Assembly (NCBI GenBank): GCA_015055535.1 | Contig: SVIA01000002.1 | Span: 16,314-80,313 of the forward strand | Length of the DNA stretch: 64,000 nucleotides | Source: Clostridiales bacterium | GTDB lineage: Bacteria > Bacillota > Clostridia > Christensenellales > UBA1242 | Direction of reading: 5' to 3' | Shown here: piece after piece, positions 26,933 through 37,460 of the stretch | How the letters are laid out: every line of letters begins with the position of its first letter | Numbering within the stretch: the stretch's first letter is position 1 | Translations under genes and position numbers: made by a program | The notes under the pieces: generated by a model | Told to the model about the DNA's origin: nothing | Seen by the model: the letters and a program-made list of their open reading frames with translations, nothing else | Databases searched by the model: none

Positions 26933-28468
26933 ATGAAGTCAAATAAAAAAATAGAAAAATTAAAAAATGAATTTAAAAATAATGATAGTTTAAAACAACG
27001 TAAATTTTTTGCTTTTAACAGAGAATTTATTTTAGTTTATATAGAAGAGTTTGCTGATTTTAATATTGTAAGCAAAGATATTATTAAACCAATTCTTACA
27101 AGCAAAAAAGAATACAGATTTGAAAATGATCATATTAATAAAAATAGTAAAAACGAAAGTTTTAATACATTAAAAAATAGTGAAAAAGAAAATGAAGTAA
27201 AACAAGAAGAAAAAAGTTTTGCTAATTTTATTGCTACAGAAATTTTATATTCGGGCGAATTAAACATAACTAAAGATGAAAATGAAATAATAAAAAAACT
27301 AACGAGAGGTGAAAAAGTTTTATTTATTGAAGGTGAGCAAGAAGTTGTTTTAATTAACACTAAAAAGTTGGAAAAAAGAAGTGTTGTTGAGCCTCCAATT
27401 AATAATGTTGTTCGTGGGCCTAGAGAGGGATTTATTGAAGATGTTAATACAAATATTAATTTACTTAAAAAGCGTCTTGTTACTACCGATTTAAAAATAG
27501 AAACTTTAGAGATTGGCAGATTTACCAAAAGCAAAGTTGCCATTTGTTATTTAACTACAATTGCGGATAAAAAAATTGTAAAAAAAATAAAAAAAAGATT
27601 GGAAAAAATTAATATAGATGGAATATTAGATAGTTATTATTTACAAGATTTTTTAGAAGAAAAACCAAATAGTATTTTCAAACAAATAGGATATACTGAA
27701 AAACCAGATATTTTAGTTGGAAAAATGTTGGAGGGAAGAATTGGAATACTAGTTGATGGTAGCCCTGTAGCATTAACAGTTCCATTTATATTGGTTGAAG
27801 ATTTGCAAAGTAGTGAAGATTATTATGAAGAAAATAACAAAGTTACGTTTATAAGAATTTTAAGATTAATTGGTGTTGTTATTGCGTTAGCAACTCCGGG
27901 GTTATATATATCATTACAATTATATCATTACAAAGCTTTGCCACTTAAATTTTTAGTAACAATAATTAATAGTTCACAAAACATTCCTATGCCTCCAGCA
28001 ATTGAGGTATTATTTGCATTTTTTATGTTTGAAATATTATATGAAGCAAGTATTAGAACGCCTAAAAGTTTGGGTAGTTCATTTAATATTATTGGGGCAT
28101 TAATACTAGGTGATACTGCCGTAAAAAGTAATTTAGCGAGTGCTCCAACAATTATGATTGTGGCATTAAGTAGTATTGCAATTTATTTAATTCCTGAAAG
28201 CACAAATGTTTTAAGAATTTTGCGTTTTGCTTTAACCATTATGGGAACAATGATGGGCGCTTTGGGAATAGTAATAGGATTAGTTTTTATTGTGGGATAT
28301 TTAAGTGATTTCGATAGTTATGGGGCAGATTATCTATCGCCAATGGCCCCTTATATTAAAAATGATTTTAAAGACTTTTTCTTTAAAGGTAATGTTAAAG
28401 ACATGAAAGAAAGACCGCAGGCATTAAAACAAAAAAATAAAATAAGGCAGGATAAAAATAATGACTAA
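26933..28468 (+). CDS. spore germination protein, GerA (A subunit) family
   Basis: VVRGPREGFIEDVNTNINLLKKRL, ILDSYYL and C-terminal TM helices are typical of GerAA/KA. It is the first gene of an A-B-C operon. Confidence 0.8.
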   Translation: MKSNKKIEKLKNEFKNNDSLKQRKFFAFNREFILVYIEEFADFNIVSKDIIKPILTSKKEYRFENDHINKNSKNESFNTLKNSEKENEVKQEEKSFANFIATEILYSGELNITKDENEIIKKLTRGEKVLFIEGEQEVVLINTKKLEKRSVVEPPINNVVRGPREGFIEDVNTNINLLKKRLVTTDLKIETLEIGRFTKSKVAICYLTTIADKKIVKKIKKRLEKINIDGILDSYYLQDFLEEKPNSIFKQIGYTEKPDILVGKMLEGRIGILVDGSPVALTVPFILVEDLQSSEDYYEENNKVTFIRILRLIGVVIALATPGLYISLQLYHYKALPLKFLVTIINSSQNIPMPPAIEVLFAFFMFEILYEASIRTPKSLGSSFNIIGALILGDTAVKSNLASAPTIMIVALSSIAIYLIPESTNVLRILRFALTIMGTMMGALGIVIGLVFIVGYLSDFDSYGADYLSPMAPYIKNDFKDFFFKGNVKDMKERPQALKQKNKIRQDKNND

Positions 28469-29564
28469 AAAGAATAATAAAATTAATACTACTCAACTTT
28501 GCGTATTGCTTTTAGGTGTTTTTTTATCTATGAGACCAATTTTAGAAAATGCATTACAAGCTGAAGTTTTAGATAATGATTGTATTATTACAACATTTTT
28601 TGCCGGAATTATAAATTTATGTTTAACAATGCTAGTTTGTTATGTAATATATAAAAACCCAAATAAAAGTTTTTATGATATTATTAAAAACTTTCTAGGA
28701 ACAACAATTACAAAAATTATTATGTTTTTGTTAGCCATTATATTTTTATTCAAATTAATTATTGTAGATTATCAAATGGCTGATTTATTATACGATGCAA
28801 TATATTCAGATATAAACTGGATTTATTTTGTTGTTCCAATTTATTTAACATTTTTATTTTTAGCATTAAAAAACATAAAAACTATTGCAAGATGTTATCA
28901 GTTTTTTATACCTTTTGCAGTAGTTATATTTATAGCGGCATTACTTATTAGTACTGCAAATGCCAATTTTGAAAATTTACTTCCATTTTTTGATCATAAT
29001 TATTCAAGCTTTATAGAAGGATTTAGTTATATTTTAATTCAGTCGGGCGAGTTTATTTTCTTATTTACATTTATGGAAAATATAATTAGTAAAGATAAAC
29101 ACTATTTTAAAAAGATTTCAATAACACTTATAATAATTTTTATTTTAGTTATGTGTTTTTATATTCTTTTTATTGCCGTTTTAGGAAAACTTGCTCCTTA
29201 TGTTCAAGAAAGTATTATTAAAATGACACAATTAGATCACTATACTTATGGTTATTTTAAAATTGATATTTTTATTTCTGTTATGTATATTCCTATAATA
29301 ATTTTACAATGTGCTCTTTGTGTATATTCAGCCAGTTATTCTTTAAATAAATCAATTAAATTAAATAAAAAAATTTCTAGTTTTTTAATAATTTTAGCAT
29401 TATTTTTAACTAAATTTATTCCAGGATTAAACAATAAGGTAATTATAGATTTTTTTTATAAAACAATTGGGATTTATGTTATTATTTTTGTTTTATTTCT
29501 GCCTATAATTTTAATTATTGCGAGCAACAAAAAGGAGAAAAATTATGAAAAAATTTCTCGCTAA
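28461..29564 (+). CDS. spore germination protein, GerAB-type permease subunit
   Basis: A 367-aa protein with about 10 TM helices that overlaps the A subunit stop. This is the typical operon position. Confidence 0.7.
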   Translation: MTKKNNKINTTQLCVLLLGVFLSMRPILENALQAEVLDNDCIITTFFAGIINLCLTMLVCYVIYKNPNKSFYDIIKNFLGTTITKIIMFLLAIIFLFKLIIVDYQMADLLYDAIYSDINWIYFVVPIYLTFLFLALKNIKTIARCYQFFIPFAVVIFIAALLISTANANFENLLPFFDHNYSSFIEGFSYILIQSGEFIFLFTFMENIISKDKHYFKKISITLIIIFILVMCFYILFIAVLGKLAPYVQESIIKMTQLDHYTYGYFKIDIFISVMYIPIIILQCALCVYSASYSLNKSIKLNKKISSFLIILALFLTKFIPGLNNKVIIDFFYKTIGIYVIIFVLFLPIILIIASNKKEKNYEKISR

Positions 29565-30816
29565 TTATAGCTATCCAATTATTTTTGTTTTTATACTTTT
29601 ATTGTTACTTCCGTCAACTATAGGAAAACCTGCGTTAACAAATACGAGAGCTATTATAACGGGAATGAGTATAGATAAAATAGAAAATGAATATAGTATT
29701 GCACTTCAATTAATAACTCCACAAAGTAATATAAGCAATAATGAAGATTTAGAGATTGTCGATGATAAAGGTGAAACAATATTTGAATGTTTTAATAATT
29801 TAAGCATAAAACTGGGAAAGGTTGTGGGTCTAGAACATGCTAATATTATAATTTTAAGTGATAGTTTACAAAATGAAGATATAATGAATTTGTTTGATTA
29901 TTTGTATAGAAATACTAAAATTACACTATCTACTATTTTAATTCAAACCGATAAAAGTGCACAAAGCTTATTAGAAGCTTCTGCAGAACTTAATAACAAT
30001 TCGAGCAGTAGTTTGCAAAATAATTTGGGTTTTAGTAACAAAATAATAGAATCATCAAAAGCTACAACCTTAGGTGATTTTTATAATGATTATTTTTCTT
30101 TTTCTAAAATTTCAACCTTGCCGTTTATTAAAACATCTAGCAACGAAGCTAATTCTTCTACTTCAGAATCTTCTTCTGGAAAAAATAGTAGTTCTACGTC
30201 TACAGATGGGGCTTCAAGTTCATCTCAACAAAATTCAAGCGGCGACACCAAAAGTCCAGTTCAACCACTTGTACAAAACAATGGAGAAATTTCTATATAC
30301 AAAGAAGGACGGCTTGTAGATAGATTTACAAAAGATATTTCAGTTGGGCTTGGATGGCTTCAAGAAGATGCTACTATTGGTGTAATAAAAGTTGAAAATG
30401 TTACCGATAATAAATATTTTGATAATTCAACAGTGGTTGTTCAAATTGAGCATTCTAAGACTAAAGTTAAATCGAAAATAAAAGATAATAAATTGATTTA
30501 TGATATAAATATTAATATATATTGTATAGTTTCTGAAGTAATAGATACTTTTCAAAACAATAAAATTTTACAAAATTCACAGAATTATTTAAATTATGAA
30601 TTAAAAGAAAAAATTAAAGATAAGGTTATTAATGATATTAATGCAACGCTTTTAGTAAGTAAAGAAAAAAAATTGGACGTTTTTAAAATATTTGATACTT
30701 TTTATAAATATCACAAAAATGAGTTTAAAATTTTTTTATCGAAAATAGATAATTCAGAAAATTATTTAGAATATGTAGAATTTAATATAAATCCTAATAT
30801 ATATGCTTATAAATAG
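29545..30816 (+). CDS. spore germination protein, Ger(x)C-type subunit (no lipobox Cys seen)
   Basis: The ATG at 29545 follows an AGGAG SD. TRAIITGMSIDK... matches the usual start of GerAC mature regions. It is the third gene of the operon. It carries a Ser-rich insert (SSTSESSSGKNSSSTSTDGASSSSQQNSS). Confidence 0.65.
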   Translation: MKKFLANYSYPIIFVFILLLLLPSTIGKPALTNTRAIITGMSIDKIENEYSIALQLITPQSNISNNEDLEIVDDKGETIFECFNNLSIKLGKVVGLEHANIIILSDSLQNEDIMNLFDYLYRNTKITLSTILIQTDKSAQSLLEASAELNNNSSSSLQNNLGFSNKIIESSKATTLGDFYNDYFSFSKISTLPFIKTSSNEANSSTSESSSGKNSSSTSTDGASSSSQQNSSGDTKSPVQPLVQNNGEISIYKEGRLVDRFTKDISVGLGWLQEDATIGVIKVENVTDNKYFDNSTVVVQIEHSKTKVKSKIKDNKLIYDININIYCIVSEVIDTFQNNKILQNSQNYLNYELKEKIKDKVINDINATLLVSKEKKLDVFKIFDTFYKYHKNEFKIFLSKIDNSENYLEYVEFNINPNIYAYK

Positions 30817-30901
30817 TTGTTTTTATTAAAACTATTTAAAAAAAATTATTCTTGACTTTTAATTACTCTTGTTATATACTAACTAAAAGTGAGGAAATCA
30901 A

Positions 30902-31855
30902 ATGAGAAATTATGCTAAATTTTGTAAACTGAACATTGATAATAAAAAATATCAGTTAAATTTGACCGAAGCTGGAAGTGATGATGCACATTTTTTCAAC
31001 AAATCAATTTCAGTTTTAGGGCAAGCTGCACCGCTATTTATGTTGTATAAAATTGGCGAAATTGTGTATAATTTTCTTACTTTTAATGTTGTTAGTTTAG
31101 ATTTAATTTCTCATTTTTTAGCAGCAACAATTCTTGCTTGTGGCTTTGCTTTTCCATTTACAAAAACTGGTAAAGGATATAGAGCCATTTTAAAAAGTTT
31201 AAAATTAAAACATAAAACAAAAAAATACTATAAAAAAATGCATACTCTTGAAAAAACCAAAACAAATATAAATGCAAAACGAGTTACAGAAGAACAAAGA
31301 AAAGTTACTAAACGTTTTCTTAAAAAATTGATGAAAATTTCTAATAAAAACAATAAAATTCAAGAAAAATATAAAAAAATTGCTAGTAAAAAAGGTTATG
31401 TAGATGGACTTAAAGCTTTTGTAAGTGATAACATTGATTCTTATCAAGAAGCTGTAGATAAATTCATTTTTCATAATAGAAGTTTGTTAATTAAACTTTG
31501 TCCTGAATATAAAGGTTTTGTGGATAAAATTTTTATGGATAGATATACAACTATTGTAACAGGAGAAAATTATTATGATGAATATATTTGGTCTGCTTTT
31601 CATAATGATGACATTTTAATTAAAAACGATTGCATTAATAAAAATGAAACTTCAAACTATTTACAAGAACTATATAATATTTTTAAATCAAATATGCATG
31701 AAGAACAAAAAGAAATAAAAGCATATGAGTATACTCAAAACAAGCAACAAAAAGTTTTACAAGTAGAACGATCAAACCAAGTAGAACGATCAAAACAAGT
31801 AGAGCCATTAAAACAAAAATCTGAAATTCAAGATGAAATTTATTATAAAAGATAA
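30902..31855 (+). CDS. hypothetical membrane-associated protein with a Lys-rich region and a C-terminal 6-aa tandem repeat
   Basis: GAGGA SD. Two hydrophobic segments are present, and QVERSN/QVERSK/QVEPLK repeats lie near the C-terminus. Confidence 0.45.
   Translation: MRNYAKFCKLNIDNKKYQLNLTEAGSDDAHFFNKSISVLGQAAPLFMLYKIGEIVYNFLTFNVVSLDLISHFLAATILACGFAFPFTKTGKGYRAILKSLKLKHKTKKYYKKMHTLEKTKTNINAKRVTEEQRKVTKRFLKKLMKISNKNNKIQEKYKKIASKKGYVDGLKAFVSDNIDSYQEAVDKFIFHNRSLLIKLCPEYKGFVDKIFMDRYTTIVTGENYYDEYIWSAFHNDDILIKNDCINKNETSNYLQELYNIFKSNMHEEQKEIKAYEYTQNKQQKVLQVERSNQVERSKQVEPLKQKSEIQDEIYYKR
31760..31813 (+). repeat. three tandem 18-bp units inside the 30902-31855 CDS
   Basis: CAAGTAGAACGATCAAAC / CAAGTAGAACGATCAAAA / CAAGTAGAGCCATTAAAA, in frame. 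Confidence 0.8.
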
Positions 31856-31933
31856 AAAGTATTTAAAAAATAAAACCATGATATCATGGTTTTTTTGTTT
31901 GATTAAATTATATTTTTTTGATAATATACTATC

Positions 31934-33283
31934 ATGAATAAAAAAGATGAAAATTTAATTGTAGGACAAGTTTGCGAGTTAAATATAAATGATTTAGATA
32001 TGCAGGGGCGAGGTGTATCGCATTATAATAATTATACAATTTTTGTTGAAAATGCATTGCCAACAGAAATTGTAAAAGCTCAAATAATTAATGCTAAAGG
32101 TAATATTATTGTAGCAAAAACATTAGAAGTTTTAAAAGTTAGTAAATTTAGAAAAATTCCTAAGTGCCAATATTTTAATATATGTGGTGGGTGTGATTTG
32201 CAACATTTAAACTATAATGAAACGTTAAAATTTAAAAAACAACAAATTTTAATTGCATTAAAAAAAATAGCTAATATAAATTATAGTGAGAATAATATTG
32301 ATGTTATTGGTTGTCATAATCAATATTATTATAGAAACAAAGTAACTTTTCAGGTGAATAACGTTAATGGAGTTGCAAACTTATCGTTTTATGAAAAGCA
32401 AAGCCATAAACATGTTAATATTTTAGATTGTAAAATTTGTGATAAAAAAATAAAAGTTGTTATTAATTTAATTAATGAGTATTTTAAAACTAATAAACTA
32501 AGTGCTTATAATGAAAGAGAAAAAAGCGGATTAATTAAAAATGTTGTAGTTAGAATTTTAAATGATGAAATTTTATTAACTTTTGTAACAATAAAAAAAA
32601 CATCATTAGTTAACATAAAAGATTTATTTGAATGTTTAAAAAATCATTTTAAAAATGTTGGTATAAATATTAACATTAATAAAAGTAATAGAGAAATTTT
32701 ATCTAATAATTTTATTCATGTTATAGGAAAAGATAAAATAACTTTTGAAAATTTAGGATTAAATCAAAATATAACAAATGCTAGTTTTTTGCAAGTCAAT
32801 TTAGAAATTCAAAATTTGTTATATAATTATGTATTAACAAAACTTTCTGACAAGGTAATTAATGCTTATAGTGGAGCAGGGTTATTAACTTGTTTAATAG
32901 CAAAAAATATAAAAAATGAAACAATTATTGGTATAGAATTAAATAAAGAGGCAAGTATGCTTGCCGATAAGTTAAAAAAAGAAAATAAAATAACTAATGT
33001 TATTAATGTTTGCTCGGATGCTAATAAAGAAATAGAAAAATATAATTTGGAAAATATTACTCTTGTGGTTGATCCACCAAGAAGTGGATTATCAAATGAG
33101 TTTATAAATTCTATTTTACAGAGTAAACCAAACAAAATTGTGTACATATCATGTTCTTATCAAACTCTTTCTAAAAATTTAAAAGAATTATTAAAAGAAT
33201 ATAATATTGAAGAAATTAAGGCTTTTGATATGTTTCCTCAAACAAAAAATGTTGAAACAGTTGTAACTTTAATAAAAAAATAA
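31934..33283 (+). CDS. rlmD: 23S rRNA (uracil-C5)-methyltransferase, RumA/RlmD family
   Basis: The N-terminus has a TRAM-like region and the Fe-S Cys cluster is CQYFNICGGCDLQH. SAM motifs are AYSGAGLL and VVDPPRSG. The C-terminal ISCSYQTL carries the catalytic Cys. Confidence 0.75.
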   Translation: MNKKDENLIVGQVCELNINDLDMQGRGVSHYNNYTIFVENALPTEIVKAQIINAKGNIIVAKTLEVLKVSKFRKIPKCQYFNICGGCDLQHLNYNETLKFKKQQILIALKKIANINYSENNIDVIGCHNQYYYRNKVTFQVNNVNGVANLSFYEKQSHKHVNILDCKICDKKIKVVINLINEYFKTNKLSAYNEREKSGLIKNVVVRILNDEILLTFVTIKKTSLVNIKDLFECLKNHFKNVGINININKSNREILSNNFIHVIGKDKITFENLGLNQNITNASFLQVNLEIQNLLYNYVLTKLSDKVINAYSGAGLLTCLIAKNIKNETIIGIELNKEASMLADKLKKENKITNVINVCSDANKEIEKYNLENITLVVDPPRSGLSNEFINSILQSKPNKIVYISCSYQTLSKNLKELLKEYNIEEIKAFDMFPQTKNVETVVTLIKK

Positions 33284-33305
33284 AATGGCAAAATGCCATT
33301 TTATT

Positions 33306-34175
33306 TTATCTAGAGTATTTAGTTAATTCTCTTAGTTTATAAAACATTTTTGCTTTATTTAATATATCTTGAGTAATTTTTGTGTTCTTTCTAGCTATTA
33401 ATTCTTTGTTTTGTGAATATATATTTTTTTCAAGTTTTCTGCCAATTAAAAAGTCTGTATTTATAATCATTGTTTTTGGTGTACTAGGGTTTTCGGTTAT
33501 TTCATATTTAATTTTATTAGTAGTTTCTAATTTTTGTGTTTTTTCTTCAGTTACTATTTCTTTATTTGTATCTTGAATTAATTCATCAACCAAATTATTT
33601 GTTCTGTTTTTCTCTATTAAATTCTCGTTATCTTCTTCTTGCTCTAAAACAACAACTTTTTGAGAAAAATCTTTTTTGTTATCAAAAATTTTTACATGTT
33701 TAGATTTTATGCGTTTTAACTTTGTTAAGTTTAACTTTTTATTTTCATCTTGAATTATAACTGCATCTTCTCCACAAGAAATTATTTCTTCAATATTTAT
33801 TATTTTTTCATTTGCGACTAACGATTTTATATAGTATTTTTCATCTAAAATAATATCGGTTACTGTGCCAATGTGTTTTCCTAAATAGGTATAAATACTA
33901 TTGTTTATTGGTAGTTTTTTATCTTCAATTTTTACACATGAAATTTCTAAGTTTAAATCTTGTCCATTTTTAACGATTAAAGCATTTTCTCCAAAAGAAT
34001 AAATATTGTTTATAAATAGAGCTTTTTCTTCTTGATGTTCATTGTTATCAAATAATATTAAATATTTTAATCGTTTAAAATTTTTATCAAATATTGCATT
34101 TTTAATAATTCCTTCGGTTTTGCCACCCATTATACTTATTACTGGTTTAGATAATAAATCTGTTAAATTAATCAT
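33306..34175 (-). CDS. PRC-barrel domain protein (tentative)
   Basis: The N-terminus LLSKPVISIMGGKTEGIIKNAIFDKNFKRLKYLIL and a second similar module (LGKHIGTVTDIILDEKYYIKSLV) resemble PRC barrels. GGAGG SD is present. Confidence 0.45.
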   Translation of the reverse strand: MINLTDLLSKPVISIMGGKTEGIIKNAIFDKNFKRLKYLILFDNNEHQEEKALFINNIYSFGENALIVKNGQDLNLEISCVKIEDKKLPINNSIYTYLGKHIGTVTDIILDEKYYIKSLVANEKIINIEEIISCGEDAVIIQDENKKLNLTKLKRIKSKHVKIFDNKKDFSQKVVVLEQEEDNENLIEKNRTNNLVDELIQDTNKEIVTEEKTQKLETTNKIKYEITENPSTPKTMIINTDFLIGRKLEKNIYSQNKELIARKNTKITQDILNKAKMFYKLRELTKYSR

Positions 34176-34285
34176 TCAATCCTCCTAAAAATTATTATAC
34201 TATATGAGAAAAAATTTTAAAATATCATTGAAATTTGCAAATTAATAATTGTTTTATTGTTTTTGTTGTGTTATAATTTTTTTAA

Positions 34286-35257
34286 ATGAAATTTTTTGAT
34301 AAAATATTTAAAAAAAATAAAAATTGTTACAAAATATCTCAAAGTCAAGAAAACAGCTTGGTTTTTATGTTAACACCCAAACATCAGGTTAAATTAAAAT
34401 CTTTTATCGAAGTGCCAAGTGATTTTTGTGTTGTAATTTTTTCTAAAGAAGAACTTTTAGATGTTATTCCAAGTGGTAAGTTTGAAATATCTGGTTTAAC
34501 CATGCCTAGTGTGTGCAAAAAAAACAAATTAGATAAGCCAACTAAAGACGGATATAAAACTAGCTTTTTTTGTGATTTTTTCTTTGTTAATTTAAATATT
34601 TGTAAAGTTTCTAATAATTTTACAATTAAAAGATTAAAAACTAAAGTTTTGTTTGAATTAACTTTTAAAGTTGTAGATGCTAAAAAGTTTATAAAATTTT
34701 TAATAAATGAAAAGGCGATTTTTAATGAAAAATTTGCAAGTTCTCATTTAAACTTTAGTGTTTCGCAAGTTATTTATTATTATTTTTTAGATAATAAAAA
34801 CATTTCAAAAGAATCGTTAACAAATTATTTAATAGTAAAACTAAAACAAATAGGAATAGAATTAATTGATTTGTGTTTTGAAACAGATAGTATAAAAGCA
34901 ACTGAAAATAAAAATTTAAAAAACATAGAAGAAGTTAATAAAAAACAAAATTTAATTTTTAATAATGAAACTTTAAGTACTGAAGAGCAAATTTTTGAAA
35001 ATGAAAATTCAAATATAGAAAAAGATATGTTAAATTCTTATAAAACAAATAGCTTGGTTGATTTGAGTGATGTTAAAACTGAAAATGTTTCTTATTTTGT
35101 TTGCTCGTGTGGGGCAAAACTTCCAGCAAGTTCTCAAATTTGTTACAATTGTAAAAAAAGTTACGTTGAAAAAAATTTGTGTGAAAATTGTGGAAAAGAA
35201 ATAAAAAAAGGAATTTTTGTTTGCCCTCACTGTGGAAGTGTTTTAATTGGGAATTAA
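34286..35257 (+). CDS. SPFH/Band-7-like (YdjI-type) protein with two C-terminal zinc ribbons (tentative)
   Basis: MKFFDKI... LVFMLTP..IEVPSDFCVVIFSKEELLDVIPSGKFEISGLTMP resembles that family's N-terminus. The C-terminus has CSCG..CYNC and CENCG..CPHCG. Confidence 0.45.
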   Translation: MKFFDKIFKKNKNCYKISQSQENSLVFMLTPKHQVKLKSFIEVPSDFCVVIFSKEELLDVIPSGKFEISGLTMPSVCKKNKLDKPTKDGYKTSFFCDFFFVNLNICKVSNNFTIKRLKTKVLFELTFKVVDAKKFIKFLINEKAIFNEKFASSHLNFSVSQVIYYYFLDNKNISKESLTNYLIVKLKQIGIELIDLCFETDSIKATENKNLKNIEEVNKKQNLIFNNETLSTEEQIFENENSNIEKDMLNSYKTNSLVDLSDVKTENVSYFVCSCGAKLPASSQICYNCKKSYVEKNLCENCGKEIKKGIFVCPHCGSVLIGN

Positions 35258-35318
35258 TATTGACAATATTAAAAAAAATGTTTATAATATAATGAATAAT
35301 ATTATTTAAGGAGTGTTT

Positions 35319-35519
35319 ATGAGTAAATTTGTAGTAACTGAAGATACAGTTTTAAAAGATATTTTAGACAATGTAAAAAATGCTGAACCAGTATTACTTG
35401 GTTTTGGAATGCATTGTTTGTATTGCCCTTGTTCTATTAATGAAACTTTAAAAGAAGCTTGTGAAGTTCATGAAATAGATATTAATCTAGTTTTAGAAAA
35501 ATTAAATGAAGGTAATTAA
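35319..35519 (+). CDS. DUF1858 / hybrid-cluster-protein-associated redox disulfide domain protein
   Basis: TVLKDIL..P.LLGFGMHCLYCPCSINETLKEACEVHEIDINLVLEKLN matches the family consensus as I recall it. The ATG at 35319 follows an AAGGAG SD. Confidence 0.6.
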   Translation: MSKFVVTEDTVLKDILDNVKNAEPVLLGFGMHCLYCPCSINETLKEACEVHEIDINLVLEKLNEGN

Positions 35520-35521
35520 TT

Positions 35522-36325
35522 ATGAGACAACACATTGTAAGATTGTTAATAGTACTAGCTTTGGTAGTTGGTATAGGAGCTTTAATTTTTTCAGCCATTA
35601 ATGATAATACGCCATTAAACATTGTAAATTTTGCTAGTGAAGAAGCTAAAAGTGATGCAAAAGTAGAAACTGAGTTTGATGAATTAAATTCTAAGGTAGA
35701 TGCAAGTTTCAATGAAAAAGTAACTTCTTATAACATTTTAGATGATAATTTAAATTTTTATATAGAACTTTTAACTAATGCGAGTTTTACTAAAGGCGAA
35801 GCTGGTCAAATTAAAAATTTATTTAAGACTTATAGAAACGAAATGAATAGTTTAAATACATCTATGATAAGTTTAAAAAATTATTTGGAAGATTCTGAAC
35901 ATAATGAAACAGAGCTTCTTGGCAGAAAAGCTAAAGTAAATGATGATTTTGTTATAGTTTTAAATTCAAAGTTGGATATTCTTAAAAACTTAGAAAGTTT
36001 AATTTTAAGTAAAATATTTGATGGCAATAGTTATGATTCGAAATTTGTTTTAGCTATGACTAACAACATTTTAATGGATTGCTATATTGAAAATAATACA
36101 AAATTTGAAGTTCTTACTGCTGTAAATACCAAAACAAAAGCTTTTATAAATTCAAAACAAGTCGCATCTGATAATATTGTTAAATACACAATTAAGTTTA
36201 ATCAAATGACAAGATCGGTAGTTATAGCTGATTTTGGTGAGTATTTTAAAACAAATACAGTAAGTAGTAATTTGCAAATACTTCTAAATTATTTAAATAG
36301 TGAGGCATATTATGAAGAAAATTAG
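35522..36325 (+). CDS. hypothetical membrane-anchored protein
   Basis: N-terminal TM helix is LLIVLALVVGIGALIF. The remainder is helical with no recognised motif. Confidence 0.45.
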   Translation: MRQHIVRLLIVLALVVGIGALIFSAINDNTPLNIVNFASEEAKSDAKVETEFDELNSKVDASFNEKVTSYNILDDNLNFYIELLTNASFTKGEAGQIKNLFKTYRNEMNSLNTSMISLKNYLEDSEHNETELLGRKAKVNDDFVIVLNSKLDILKNLESLILSKIFDGNSYDSKFVLAMTNNILMDCYIENNTKFEVLTAVNTKTKAFINSKQVASDNIVKYTIKFNQMTRSVVIADFGEYFKTNTVSSNLQILLNYLNSEAYYEEN

Positions 36326-37364
36326 TGGTATTTTATTTGCTATAGTTTGTATGTTTTCGATTGTATTTTCTGGTTGTACTTATGCAGATAATGCAACACT
36401 TTTATCAATTTATGAAAAATATAGCTATATAAGCAATAAAAATGAAGAATTTTTTAATGGACAAAGATTTATTCCTGAATATAGTAGCGATAACTTGTTG
36501 GCTGCCATTTATTCTGAAAACGAAGATTATATAGTATTAAAAACTGATAATTTAGATTCTGTTTTTACTGATAGAGGACTATATGGTATTTTAATGCAAA
36601 GCGTTAATTCTACATATTGTTCAACTAGTAATGCCTTACATGTAGTAACTAATAATGATTTAACTGAAAAACAATATAAAAAATCAATGTATACAAGCTT
36701 AGATAATTTTCAAAAAAATATTAAAACCTTAAAAAAGACAAAAGATTCTTTGGAAAGTGCGTTTAATAATAATTCGGGTGATAGCTCAGAAATAGCTGAA
36801 GAAAGATTATCTTTGTATAACTTGGAAAAATATAAGGATGCATTAAATACCAGTTTATTGTATTTATTGAGCTTCAACGATAATTTTACTAAAGCAATTA
36901 ATAATAATATAGATCAACCTCAAAATTTAACTGATTTATTAAATAATTCATCATTAAGTATTAGTGTAAGCAATGGAAACAATAACATGCTTATAAACAA
37001 TTTTAATATTATGGCCTCAAAATTTGTATTAAATTATTCAATTAATGTAAAAAATGACATTTATAGTGCAGAAGATTTAATTAATACTATGGCAAAATTA
37101 TTAAATTTACAAGTATTGCTTCCAAGTGCTCAATTAACAAGTCAAGAAGTAATAGATGAATATAGAATTATTAGATGTTTAGAAGATGGGGTATTAAACA
37201 AAGAAGTAACTTTTAATAATTGTATAAAAGTTTTAAACACTAACTCTTTTGAAAAGCCATCGGCTTTAGAAACATCAGCAATTAATTCTGTGGAAGATAT
37301 TTATAATCAATTACTTTCATATGGAAATAGATTAATAGTATATTTACAAAATTTAAATGCTTAA
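36312..37364 (+). CDS. putative lipoprotein
   Basis: MKKISGILFAIVCMFSIVFSGC has a lipobox (FSGC). The ATG at 36312 is preferred over the GTG at 36300. Confidence 0.55.
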   Translation: MKKISGILFAIVCMFSIVFSGCTYADNATLLSIYEKYSYISNKNEEFFNGQRFIPEYSSDNLLAAIYSENEDYIVLKTDNLDSVFTDRGLYGILMQSVNSTYCSTSNALHVVTNNDLTEKQYKKSMYTSLDNFQKNIKTLKKTKDSLESAFNNNSGDSSEIAEERLSLYNLEKYKDALNTSLLYLLSFNDNFTKAINNNIDQPQNLTDLLNNSSLSISVSNGNNNMLINNFNIMASKFVLNYSINVKNDIYSAEDLINTMAKLLNLQVLLPSAQLTSQEVIDEYRIIRCLEDGVLNKEVTFNNCIKVLNTNSFEKPSALETSAINSVEDIYNQLLSYGNRLIVYLQNLNA

Positions 37365-37460
37365 ATAATAAAAAAAGACAATAAACTTTTAGTTTAAAGT
37401 CTTTTTTATTTGCTATAAAATTAATAAAATGATAAAATAAAAGCAAAAAGGAAGAAAAAA

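Noticed and set aside
30140-30270. Ser-rich stretch in the GerC-like gene and the K/E-rich stretch at 4780-5230 as possible non-coding repeats or a CRISPR-like array
   Set aside because: Both are in-frame low-complexity coding sequence with no regular repeat-spacer periodicity. No CRISPR array is present in the window.
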